Below, one piece after another: positions 1 through 8,344 of a stretch of 64,000 nucleotides of DNA. How positions within the stretch are numbered: the stretch's first letter is position 1; each line of letters opens with the position of its first letter. Source of the stretch: Candidatus Woesebacteria bacterium (GTDB lineage: Bacteria > Patescibacteriota > Microgenomatia > UBA8517); NCBI GenBank assembly GCA_963784785.1, contig CAWASW010000005.1, positions 9,247 through 73,246 of the forward strand, given 5' to 3'. The notes beneath the pieces are model-generated. The model did not search any database. It was not told the origin of the DNA and was given only the letters and a program-made list of their open reading frames with translations. Both the position numbers and the translations under genes were made by a program.

Positions 1-11
1 GTTTAAAAAAT

Positions 12-629
12 ATGCTTCCAGAAAGTGTTAGACCATTAGCTCGAGATGAGGAAAAAAGAATTGAGACTGTTATCAAAAACTTGACCAACATATCTGCAAA
101 GGCTGGCTTAGAAGGTGAACATTTAAATACTTCGTATGGTTATATTGGAGCAGAGCAACATTTAAAAAGATACCCAGGAGATATTATTGAAAATCATGGC
201 CCATATTATAAGAAAGACATTGCGCCAGGATTAGGTGCCTGGGGATATTTTTCAAAATCAAAGATTGAACTAAATTCATCCTTAATTGAAACTGAAAAAT
301 GGTATGCTGTGGTACAAACTTTATACTTACCAGATTGGTCACAAAGACAGCCTTATCTTCGAAATTGGTATAAATATAGAAAAGTTATGATTTTAAATAC
401 AAAAAATGGCAATGCTGTAGTTGCCGCCATTGCTGACGCTGGACCTGCAGCTTTTACAGGTAAGCATTTTGGAGGAAGTCCAGAAGTCATGGAATATCTT
501 GGAGGGTCTCGTTATAAAAAGGGAGCTGTTCTACTCTTCTTTGTTGATGACCCAGAAAATAAAGTGCCACTTGGTCCTATACAATATAATAAAGTAAACT
601 TACCTGAAGGGAGTTTGATTAATATATGA
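12..629 (+). CDS. Hypothetical protein, possibly RlpA-like double-psi beta-barrel C-terminus; probably 5'-truncated by the window edge
   Basis: 205-aa ORF; VMILNTKNGNAVVAAIADAGP resembles the RlpA/DPBB V-x-V-x-D-x-GP motif; frame appears open to the window start. Confidence 0.5.
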   Translation: MLPESVRPLARDEEKRIETVIKNLTNISAKAGLEGEHLNTSYGYIGAEQHLKRYPGDIIENHGPYYKKDIAPGLGAWGYFSKSKIELNSSLIETEKWYAVVQTLYLPDWSQRQPYLRNWYKYRKVMILNTKNGNAVVAAIADAGPAAFTGKHFGGSPEVMEYLGGSRYKKGAVLLFFVDDPENKVPLGPIQYNKVNLPEGSLINI

Positions 630-940
630 GCACGTTATTTTTTGACCATTTAATTCTTGTGAATAATCTTGATAAAAAGATTAAAAAACATGCAGAGTCA
701 AATGATGAGATGCAAGAGCTATGGTCCTATGTCGAAGAAATAATCCATACGAGAGTATTAGAATGCTGTTTGGGAAATTTACCAGAAGAACATCATGAAG
801 AATTTTTGGACAAATTTCATAAAGCTCCACACGATAGGGGGCTCATTGATTATTTAAATCTAAAAATTGGAAAAGATGTCGAAAAGTTAATAAAAGTTGA
901 AATTAAAAAACTTTCCAAAGAATTACAATTATTAAAATAA
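626..940 (+). CDS. Hypothetical protein
   Basis: 104-aa ORF coupled to both neighbours (ATGA overlap, TAA-ATG junction). Confidence 0.6.
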   Translation: MSTLFFDHLILVNNLDKKIKKHAESNDEMQELWSYVEEIIHTRVLECCLGNLPEEHHEEFLDKFHKAPHDRGLIDYLNLKIGKDVEKLIKVEIKKLSKELQLLK

Positions 941-1258
941 ATGGATCGTAATTACGGTGGAATAATATGGACCAATCATGCTTTGGCTAGGCTAACTGAA
1001 CGTGGAATTAAACAGGGTGATGCTTGGGCCGTGTGGAATAGACCAGATCAAAGTAGATATTCAAATGATAAGAACGCGTGGATTTACTATAGAACTTGGC
1101 ATGATACTAAAATTGAAGTCGTGGCAAAACAGAATGAAAAGAAAGAATGGATAATCTTATCTGTTTGGAGCAAAAAGGTTCAGATTTCAGATCACACCTC
1201 GTTATTGACAAGATTTATTAATTTGTTTAAAGTTAAATATGGCAGTAAAAAAAGTTAG
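941..1258 (+). CDS. DUF4258-like protein (RelE-like fold)
   Basis: WTNHALARLTERGI N-terminal motif and terminal IILSVW strand. Confidence 0.6.
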   Translation: MDRNYGGIIWTNHALARLTERGIKQGDAWAVWNRPDQSRYSNDKNAWIYYRTWHDTKIEVVAKQNEKKEWIILSVWSKKVQISDHTSLLTRFINLFKVKYGSKKS

Positions 1259-1868
1259 TAAAAATCTTCTTCCTCTTCTTGCCATTACAGCATTATTTTT
1301 AAGCGTTAGCTTAGTTAACTACACACTAATCTCAGATTCGAAAGTTAAAAATACACAGAGTGTTTTGAGTGAATCTATCGAAAAAGAAGATAATATTGAA
1401 ACTAAAGATACAAAAAATGATGTTGCAAAACAAGAGGAACCTGAGAGAATTGAAGAACCAAAAAAAGTGGAGTCAAGCTCGGGCGAAATTGAAATTGAGA
1501 ATGAATCCGAAACAGCCTCAGCAGATGGAAAAATTAATAAATTCAAGTTAAAGATTAAATCAAAGACTGTAAATGGAAAAACTATTGTCGAGACCGCCTC
1601 GGGGGAGATGGAAATTGGAAATAAACCTGAAGACGCCGTAAATAATTTGGTCGACGACAACATTTTGGATACTCCAACTTCATTTGAAGCAAAGACAAGT
1701 GATAAAAATAAAGTGAAATATGAAATTCAGGGAATTGAAGTGAAAAAATTATTAGGTTTGTTTGAAATTAATTTGCCTAAGATAGTTACTGTCGATGCTG
1801 ATACGGGAGATGTCGTAAATTCTAGCCAAAGTATCTGGACAAAATTCTTAAGTCTCCTGTCAATTTAA
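1239..1868 (+). CDS. Secreted or membrane-anchored hypothetical protein
   Basis: N-terminal hydrophobic helix, acidic low-complexity linker, VDADTG.V motif near the C-terminus. Confidence 0.6.
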   Translation: MAVKKVSKNLLPLLAITALFLSVSLVNYTLISDSKVKNTQSVLSESIEKEDNIETKDTKNDVAKQEEPERIEEPKKVESSSGEIEIENESETASADGKINKFKLKIKSKTVNGKTIVETASGEMEIGNKPEDAVNNLVDDNILDTPTSFEAKTSDKNKVKYEIQGIEVKKLLGLFEINLPKIVTVDADTGDVVNSSQSIWTKFLSLLSI

Positions 1869-2762
1869 ATGATTAATAATTTTTTGAGATGGTTACTGTC
1901 ATTGTTTGTCGCGACGTCTGTTGCAACTCCGTTACCAATTAATTATTTAAATTCTTTGCCATCAATGACCCCTGTAGCCACGTCAAGTCCAACAAATAGT
2001 CCTACTTCAAAACCAATTGCAACAATCAAACCTACCAGTAAACCGACTATTGTTCCTATTGTAAACAATGCTCCACCAAGTTCTGGTTATTCAAGACAAA
2101 GTGTAAAAACAGATGCTGGAATATTCATTGTAAATTTGGTTGCAGCCGATATAGGATCAACTAAAGTTATAGTCGATACTGTTTCCTCAGCAGACTGTTT
2201 TAATAATTGTCCTGCCTTGTCTCTTGGCGAGTACGTGACAAGAAATGGCGGTTGGGCGGGGGTAAATGGATCTTATTTTTGTCCGAAAGATTATCCAAGT
2301 TGTGTAGGAAAAGAAAACACATTTGATTTGCTTGTTATGAACAAGGACAAATATTATTTCAATTCTGCAAATAACATTTATAGTAATAACCCTGTAGTTG
2401 GTTTTAGAAGTGGATCAGTAAATTTTGTAACTGCTGGTAGTCAGTGGGGAAGAGATACTTCTCTAGATGGAGTACTAATGAATTATCCACTTTTGGTTTT
2501 TAATAATAATGTTGTTTTTGGTGGAGATGGCGATCCTAAAAAAGGAAGCCGTGGATCAAGAAGCTTTGTAGCCAATAAAGATAATAAGGTTTATATAGGC
2601 GTCACTCAAAATGTGACTGTTGCTGAAAATGCATTAGTAATGAAAGCTTTAGGTATGAATAACGCACTGAATCTTGATAGCGGAGATTCAACTGCATTAT
2701 GGCATGGAGGTTACAAAGTAGGTCCAGGACGAGGAATTCCTAACGCAATTATTTTTAAATGA
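1869..2762 (+). CDS. Phosphodiester glycosidase (NAGPA/DUF2233) family protein
   Basis: Signal peptide, Pro/Thr linker, GVNGSYF and ALNLDSGDST motifs (family consensus INGGFF and NLDGGGS). Confidence 0.75.
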   Translation: MINNFLRWLLSLFVATSVATPLPINYLNSLPSMTPVATSSPTNSPTSKPIATIKPTSKPTIVPIVNNAPPSSGYSRQSVKTDAGIFIVNLVAADIGSTKVIVDTVSSADCFNNCPALSLGEYVTRNGGWAGVNGSYFCPKDYPSCVGKENTFDLLVMNKDKYYFNSANNIYSNNPVVGFRSGSVNFVTAGSQWGRDTSLDGVLMNYPLLVFNNNVVFGGDGDPKKGSRGSRSFVANKDNKVYIGVTQNVTVAENALVMKALGMNNALNLDSGDSTALWHGGYKVGPGRGIPNAIIFK

Positions 2763-3969
2763 AGGTGATCGCTGTACCTTTTTTGTCTGCTCTTCCAGTT
2801 CTTCCAATTCTATGGACATAGGTTTCGTAATTTTCTGGTGCTTCATAATTAATGACATGGCTAACGTTTGGAATATCAAGTCCACGTGAGGCAACATCAG
2901 TTGCAATCAAGATATTAATATGACTTGATTTAAATTTATCTAGAGTTCTTAGCCTTTGGCTTTGCCTTTTGTTTCCATGAATTGCGTCTGCTTTGAATCC
3001 TCTTGCAATAAGCTCATCAGCAAGATGTTGAACACCATGTTTAGTTCTTGCAAAGATCAATACTTTATCAAACTCCTGTTGCTTCAATAAATCGTGTAAT
3101 TGTTCAATCTTTTTGTGTGGACTATCAACCTTGATAACTTCTTGCTTGACGTTTGCAGCTGTCTCTCTTGTTTTAACAGAAATTGTGACAGGATTATTAA
3201 CAAAGGCATTTAAAACAGATCTTACTTTTCCATCAATAGTGGCTGAGAAAAATAGAGATTGTCTTTTTTGTGGTAATAACGAAATCATGTATTGGATATC
3301 CTTTAAAAATCCAATATCAACCATATGGTCAGCTTCATCTAAGACGACTGAAGCACAATCATCAAGTCTTAAGGTTCTTGAATCTACGTGGTCCAAAAGT
3401 CTTCCTGGTGTACCAATTATAAAATTTGGATTTCTACGAAGTTCCTGTTTTTGTCTATTTATGTTTTCACCGCCAATACATAAAGCAGAATATATATTTA
3501 ATCCTTTTGAAAACAAATAAAATTCATCCCTAATTTGACTTGCAAGTTCTCTAGTGGGTGCAACTATAAGTACTTTTTCTGTTCTATTTTTTAACACTTT
3601 GTCTAGAAGTGGGATCAAGAACGCCGCTGTTTTACCTGTACCTGTATTTGCAATACCAATTAAATCTCTACCTTTTAAAATTTCTGGAATTGATTGATCT
3701 TGAATAGGGCTTGGGGATCCATAATGTCGATCCAATACATTGATCTGTAATTTTGCATCAATTTTAAAATCAGAAAAAGTGTGAGTTGGGATGTATGTTT
3801 CTGGAGCAATTGCTACATCTTCATTTTTTTGTGCATTAATTACACCAGTAGGGTCAAATGACTTAGCAATTCTGCCCCTTCCACCGGCACCAAAACGTCT
3901 ACCTATTGCACCATAATTGGTACGAGGTTTAAAACCGCCACGAGATCCTCCACTAAAATTTTTATACAT
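2755..3969 (-). CDS. DEAD-box RNA helicase
   Basis: Q motif, ANTGTGKT, PTREL, TPGRL, DEAD, SAT, HRIGRTGR. Confidence 0.95.
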   Translation of the reverse strand: MYKNFSGGSRGGFKPRTNYGAIGRRFGAGGRGRIAKSFDPTGVINAQKNEDVAIAPETYIPTHTFSDFKIDAKLQINVLDRHYGSPSPIQDQSIPEILKGRDLIGIANTGTGKTAAFLIPLLDKVLKNRTEKVLIVAPTRELASQIRDEFYLFSKGLNIYSALCIGGENINRQKQELRRNPNFIIGTPGRLLDHVDSRTLRLDDCASVVLDEADHMVDIGFLKDIQYMISLLPQKRQSLFFSATIDGKVRSVLNAFVNNPVTISVKTRETAANVKQEVIKVDSPHKKIEQLHDLLKQQEFDKVLIFARTKHGVQHLADELIARGFKADAIHGNKRQSQRLRTLDKFKSSHINILIATDVASRGLDIPNVSHVINYEAPENYETYVHRIGRTGRADKKGTAITFI

Positions 3970-4100
3970 AATTTTTTAAACTATAATAACTTGGGGAAAA
4001 ACCGAAGAAGTAATTTGTTTAGAACAGTTACAATCAGTCTTTCTTTAAATCAATATACGAATAATATCATCAATATTCTGAAATGTCAATCCCATAGTAC

Positions 4101-4358
4101 TTATTTGGTCTTTTTAACCTTCTTTGGAGCTTCTTTTTGATCCTGATTAAATAGGATATAAATAAGAGGTAAAATTCCCATAGAATTTACCAATAATAAA
4201 GCTACAAACCAGATAGATTGACCTTTCCTTGCAGATTTCCATAGAGCAAAACCTTTAAGTATTAAATTAAGAATGACTAATGGTAATAAAAATCTAAGCC
4301 ATCCACTCATCATTTGGGAGTTTCCGTAATAATTATTAAATCCACCTAAGTTCATCAT
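4101..4358 (-). CDS. DUF5652-like small membrane protein
   Basis: KGFALWKSAR..Q..WF...L.NSMGILPLIY pattern. Confidence 0.7.
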   Translation of the reverse strand: MMNLGGFNNYYGNSQMMSGWLRFLLPLVILNLILKGFALWKSARKGQSIWFVALLLVNSMGILPLIYILFNQDQKEAPKKVKKTK

Positions 4359-4363
4359 AAAAG

Positions 4364-4609
4364 TTATGTATTAATTAAACTCTCTTTGTTTTTTCTTGTC
4401 AATGACTTAATTTCTATCTCTCTTTTTAATGCTAGACTTTTGGTGTCGAAACTTTCGGTGTGAACTAATTCAAAGCTATCAAAAGATCTCATATATTTAG
4501 CAGACCTTTTGGTTTTTATCCTATGTTCATTTAGTCTTTTTTCTAAATTATTGGAAATTCCAGTATAAAGAGTGTTTCTCGATGTTCTTAAAATGTAAAC
4601 TGTATACAT
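4364..4609 (-). CDS. GIY-YIG nuclease family protein (UPF0213-like)
   Basis: VYIL..LYTG.SNNLEKRL.EH and ALKRE.EIK motifs. Confidence 0.85.
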   Translation of the reverse strand: MYTVYILRTSRNTLYTGISNNLEKRLNEHRIKTKRSAKYMRSFDSFELVHTESFDTKSLALKREIEIKSLTRKNKESLINT

Positions 4610-5535
4610 TATTTAAGTATTTGTAGAGCTTCCTTTATTGATTTTGTTTGCATAAGTGCTGCACGTAACTTGCTTGCTCCCTCAAAGTTATTGACATACA
4701 TTTTATAGAATTTTTTGATCTCGTCAGAATATTCGTTGTTACAAAGCTTTAAGTGCTTAATCAAAACTTTTTTTGATTCTTCAAATGTATGTATTTTGGC
4801 TTCTTTTTCAAAGACCCAAGGATTTAAAAAAATACCTCGCCCAATCATTACTCCGTCAACCTTGTACTGCTCATGTTTTTCTAATACCTCTTGGTAACTT
4901 TTGACATTGCCATTACCAATAATGATTGTACTGGGTGAAATTTTATTTTTTATTTCTACTGCTTTTGCAATTTCGTCCCAATGGACTTCACTTAATGATA
5001 ATTCCTTGGCAGTTCTTCCGTGAATAGATATTGCGCTAATATTTTGTTCGAGTAGAAAAGTGACCCAATCATCAGTAATTATTTTGTTTCTGCCTAATCT
5101 AGTCTTCACACTAATGGGTAACTTATTTGCTCCTTTTTTAGTTGATTTTATAATTTCTGAGACTAATAAACGATTGTCTATAAGTGCCGACCCCGCACCA
5201 ATTTTAATAACTGCCCGATCTGGACATCCTATGTTAATATCAATTCCGTCAAAACCTAAATCAGAGGCAATTTTTGCTGATTTCATAAAGTTTTCTGGAT
5301 TAGTACCCCAAATCTGTGCGACTATTGGTCTTTGCGATTTACTAAATTTAAACCTTGGAATGGTTTTTTCAAAACCACTTGAGTTTAGGGCATCTACATT
5401 TGTAAATTCAGTAAATAAGACATCGGGTTTTGGCAAATAATTTGCGACAACTTCACGAAATGCAAAATCAGTTACTCCCTCCATTGGAGCAAGGACTGTA
5501 AACGGTTTGGGTAACTTCTGCCAAAAATTACTCAT
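4609..5535 (-). CDS. dus: tRNA-dihydrouridine synthase
   Basis: LAPMEGVTD, IDINIGCP, SVKTRLG, IHGRT, GNGNV, GVMIGRG. Confidence 0.92.
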   Translation of the reverse strand: MSNFWQKLPKPFTVLAPMEGVTDFAFREVVANYLPKPDVLFTEFTNVDALNSSGFEKTIPRFKFSKSQRPIVAQIWGTNPENFMKSAKIASDLGFDGIDINIGCPDRAVIKIGAGSALIDNRLLVSEIIKSTKKGANKLPISVKTRLGRNKIITDDWVTFLLEQNISAISIHGRTAKELSLSEVHWDEIAKAVEIKNKISPSTIIIGNGNVKSYQEVLEKHEQYKVDGVMIGRGIFLNPWVFEKEAKIHTFEESKKVLIKHLKLCNNEYSDEIKKFYKMYVNNFEGASKLRAALMQTKSIKEALQILK

Positions 5536-5813
5536 ATTCTGAAATGGTCATCAGTAGAAAAAAATACAAGACCTGTGACTTTCTCGTTTTCTTTGACTGA
5601 AAAAATTGTTGTAGATACAGTGATCCTTTCGGTACTTTCTTGTGGAGGTAGATGAGATTTTATAACAACACGGCTTCTATCTGAAAAAATAGGTGGGTCG
5701 GCAGGATAGGCATCGTTATAGAATTTTGACCCCTCGTCAGATAACAACACATTTTTTTTTCCTGATATGTAACTTCCAATAGTTCTAAATCCAAGTTGCT
5801 CAAGTGTTGCCAT
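5532..5813 (-). CDS. Hypothetical protein
   Basis: 93-aa ORF overlapping the dus start by 4 nt. Confidence 0.5.
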   Translation of the reverse strand: MATLEQLGFRTIGSYISGKKNVLLSDEGSKFYNDAYPADPPIFSDRSRVVIKSHLPPQESTERITVSTTIFSVKENEKVTGLVFFSTDDHFRI

Positions 5814-5836
5814 GCCTAGATTATATAATTAATTAT

Positions 5837-6826
5837 CTAATTTAGATACTTTGTGATATTTGTCTTGTGCTCGGCATATGTTTTTGCACAATGAATTTGA
5901 CGGTTTGAGTCATGAAGATAAAAAATACAATCTGTTTCTTCAGGGTTTAATGCCGCTTCAATGAAATCAATATTTGGACTACAAATTGGAGTAGGTGGTA
6001 AATCTTCATTCTTATAACTGTTGTACGGTGAATCGCTTTGTTTTTGTTCTAAGCTTATATTTCCCCACCAACTACCATTCTCGTTTTTTCCAAGGGTGTA
6101 CTGCATTGTCGCGTCGATTTGAAGTCTCATGTCTTGATTTAACCTGTTCCAAATAATTCCTGATATTAATTTTGCATCTTCTCTTCCTGCGGCTTCTCTA
6201 GCAATTAATGATGCAATTTTTAAGCCTGTAGCCCACTTAATGTTTTTTGCTACATAGTCGCTTGCATAGGGTTCAAATTTCTCATTGAATCTATTTACAA
6301 ACCTTTGTGCAACAAATTCCACTGATTCATCAACTGGAATTAAATACGTGTCAGGATAAAACACTCCTTCATAATATTCTGTATCTTTAAACAAATTGTT
6401 CCATTTATCCAATTTGCTTTGATTCCAACCTAGTGTCGTAGCCAATTTTTCTCCAACCTGTTCTTTTCTTGGGCAATAATATATATTTACCCACTTTAAA
6501 TCTTCTTTACCTGTAATTTTTTGAATAATTTGCCAAGCATTCAGAGAAGATCTTAATTTGTACCCACCTGATTTTATCTCTTTGCCTTTAGAAAAATTAT
6601 TATATAAAAATTCGAATCCCTTTTTGTTTTTAATTATATTTTGTTGAAAAAGTGCATCCGAAAGTTTAAATGAATCTTTATCCTGAGGAATTATAAAAGT
6701 AATTATCTCTGAGGATTTATTAACTGGGCCTAAATAAGCCCAGGCAATACTCGCAGCAAAAAATAATATAGCAACAAATAAAATTAAAAATTTAACAAGT
6801 GTCTTCATTGAAGCCATATTATACAT
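5837..6826 (-). CDS. mltG: Endolytic transglycosylase MltG
   Basis: N-terminal TM helix, EGVFYPDTY, ASLIAREA, NRL..MRLQIDAT.QY, SPYNSY..LPPTPI.SP. Confidence 0.9.
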   Translation of the reverse strand: MYNMASMKTLVKFLILFVAILFFAASIAWAYLGPVNKSSEIITFIIPQDKDSFKLSDALFQQNIIKNKKGFEFLYNNFSKGKEIKSGGYKLRSSLNAWQIIQKITGKEDLKWVNIYYCPRKEQVGEKLATTLGWNQSKLDKWNNLFKDTEYYEGVFYPDTYLIPVDESVEFVAQRFVNRFNEKFEPYASDYVAKNIKWATGLKIASLIAREAAGREDAKLISGIIWNRLNQDMRLQIDATMQYTLGKNENGSWWGNISLEQKQSDSPYNSYKNEDLPPTPICSPNIDFIEAALNPEETDCIFYLHDSNRQIHCAKTYAEHKTNITKYLN

Positions 6827-6976
6827 TGTCTCCGTATATATCTGCTTAAAATAAGTATTGTCCTAGAAGTGAAGATACAATTATAAATAAATTAAATTTG
6901 AGGTATCTATATCTTAAAAAACTTTGGTCTTAAAAATGTAAGCAGATGTATCCGGAGATAACTTGCGATATAAAGT

Positions 6977-7004
6977 ATTATAACAGACAATCTTTGTTTG
7001 TCAA
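6977..7004 (-). promoter_or_regulatory. Consensus sigma70 promoter
   Basis: Minus strand TTGACA-N16-TATAAT. Confidence 0.65.
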
Positions 7005-7142
7005 GACTATAGGAATTTTTTCGCTAATATCCGGCGCTCAAGAGTAAAATATAGACGTGTTAAATAACATTGCAATAAAATAATTGTAAAATAATCTTGA
7101 TGTTGGGGTTTCTAAAACTTGTACTGTAGATTTATTTAACAG

Positions 7143-7394
7143 TTATTTTCTGATTTTTATTAAAATATTTATGTAATCAATTACAAATATTACAGATATG
7201 TATACAACCGAATTTAACATCGCCACATAGATATAGTTAGGAAAAGTCATTACATATCCTATTCGTAGATGTATAGGAAACCCCATGTAGATTTGACCGC
7301 CCATAAATCCTATCGAGGTCATAGATCTTGAAAAGAGTGTAGTTATAAGTGCAATAAAAATTCCAATAATTATTTTTTTCGTGTTTTTATCCAT
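7143..7394 (-). CDS. Small membrane hypothetical protein
   Basis: 83-aa ORF with two hydrophobic segments around a GFP motif. Confidence 0.55.
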   Translation of the reverse strand: MDKNTKKIIIGIFIALITTLFSRSMTSIGFMGGQIYMGFPIHLRIGYVMTFPNYIYVAMLNSVVYISVIFVIDYINILIKIRK

Positions 7395-7479
7395 ATTATT
7401 GACACCTTTGTTTAGTTGTTTTTTAGCTCGTATCTACGATTTAGCTCGGACTTATTTTACAACAAATTTTTGATGTTTA

Positions 7480-8050
7480 GCGGAGCAACAAGGGAGGGGT
7501 TAAAGGGGAAGGAATTGTTGCGGAGCTCGGGTTCCCGCTCAGCTCCGCTACGCGGAGCCTCGCGAACACTGTATGGTCGGACTTCTCGCTCACCCCACTC
7601 CGTGGGGTTCGCTAACCCAATTGTCTAAGGAAAAGGGGGTTTGTAGTCAGTCGCTTGCGAGCGCCTGACGGAGTCCTTGCGGTATACCGCAGGGTACTCA
7701 GTGAATACCGCAAACTAGCCCTATTATAGGGCTTTTGTCCGCATTGCGGTCATGCGGTTGCGGGTGCGGTCACCGCAACGACCTAGAACTCCAAACTTGG
7801 ACATCAAACCTGTACATTTCAGTCGCAATTTGCCCTGTCGGGCAACTACCCAAGTGCTGAAAACAGAACAGGTGCTTTCGCACAGCACTTGGTTAGGAAG
7901 CTGCAGGCATAACAGAACAATTGCTCCTGAAATATCCCTTAACAGGGATCCTGCCCAACACAAAACACCCCAAAGCTACAGGGGTGTGGCTAACGCCATG
8001 TGCGTAGGCAGGAAAACAACACAAAAAAGTCATACCCTATAACCTTGACT
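7480..8050 (-). ncRNA. Candidate large structured non-coding RNA (or structured ssDNA element)
   Basis: GC-rich island with nested stems; G-U wobbles, a GAAA tetraloop and tandem GA pairs on the minus strand; no credible ORF; boundaries approximate. Confidence 0.45.
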
Positions 8051-8073
8051 AACTGATGAAATGATGCTAGTAT
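8045..8073 (+). promoter_or_regulatory. Putative sigma70 promoter for the 8283/9994 gene
   Basis: TTGACT-N17-TAGTAT with extended -10 TG. Confidence 0.45.
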
Positions 8074-8153
8074 TACGATACAAATTTTGAGAAATTAGAG
8101 TTCAATTTGCTACTTATAGTTTCTCAATGCTTGTTTTTTTAAGTTAGGTTTCT

Positions 8154-8165
8154 TGCACTTTAAAA
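8154..8165 (+). promoter_or_regulatory. boxA-like antitermination element
   Basis: TGCACTTTAAAA (E. coli rrn boxA is TGCTCTTTAACA); identical copy at 60065-60076. Confidence 0.5.
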
Positions 8166-8344
8166 TTGCGGAATTGTTATATCCTTTTTAGGTGACTAAC
8201 ACTTTGGTTATTAAGACGACCTTAGTGTCCAAAGTGTTAGTCATATTCAAATCATATTCAGGTTTAAAAAAGGAGAAACAAAATGGTCAAGCAAAGCAAG
8301 GCATTACAAATGCATCATGATTACTACGTTCGTTTGTACAATCT

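Noticed and set aside
7570-7600. Minus-strand GAGAAGTCCG resembling the RNase P motif GAGGAAAGTCC
   Set aside because: Imperfect match and no complementary 3' P4 motif (AGAA...GGCTTA) found.
7724-8042. Overlapping ORFs 7416-7628, 7724-7963 and 7752-8042
   Set aside because: No recognisable motifs, atypical composition; expected by chance in a GC-rich structured segment.
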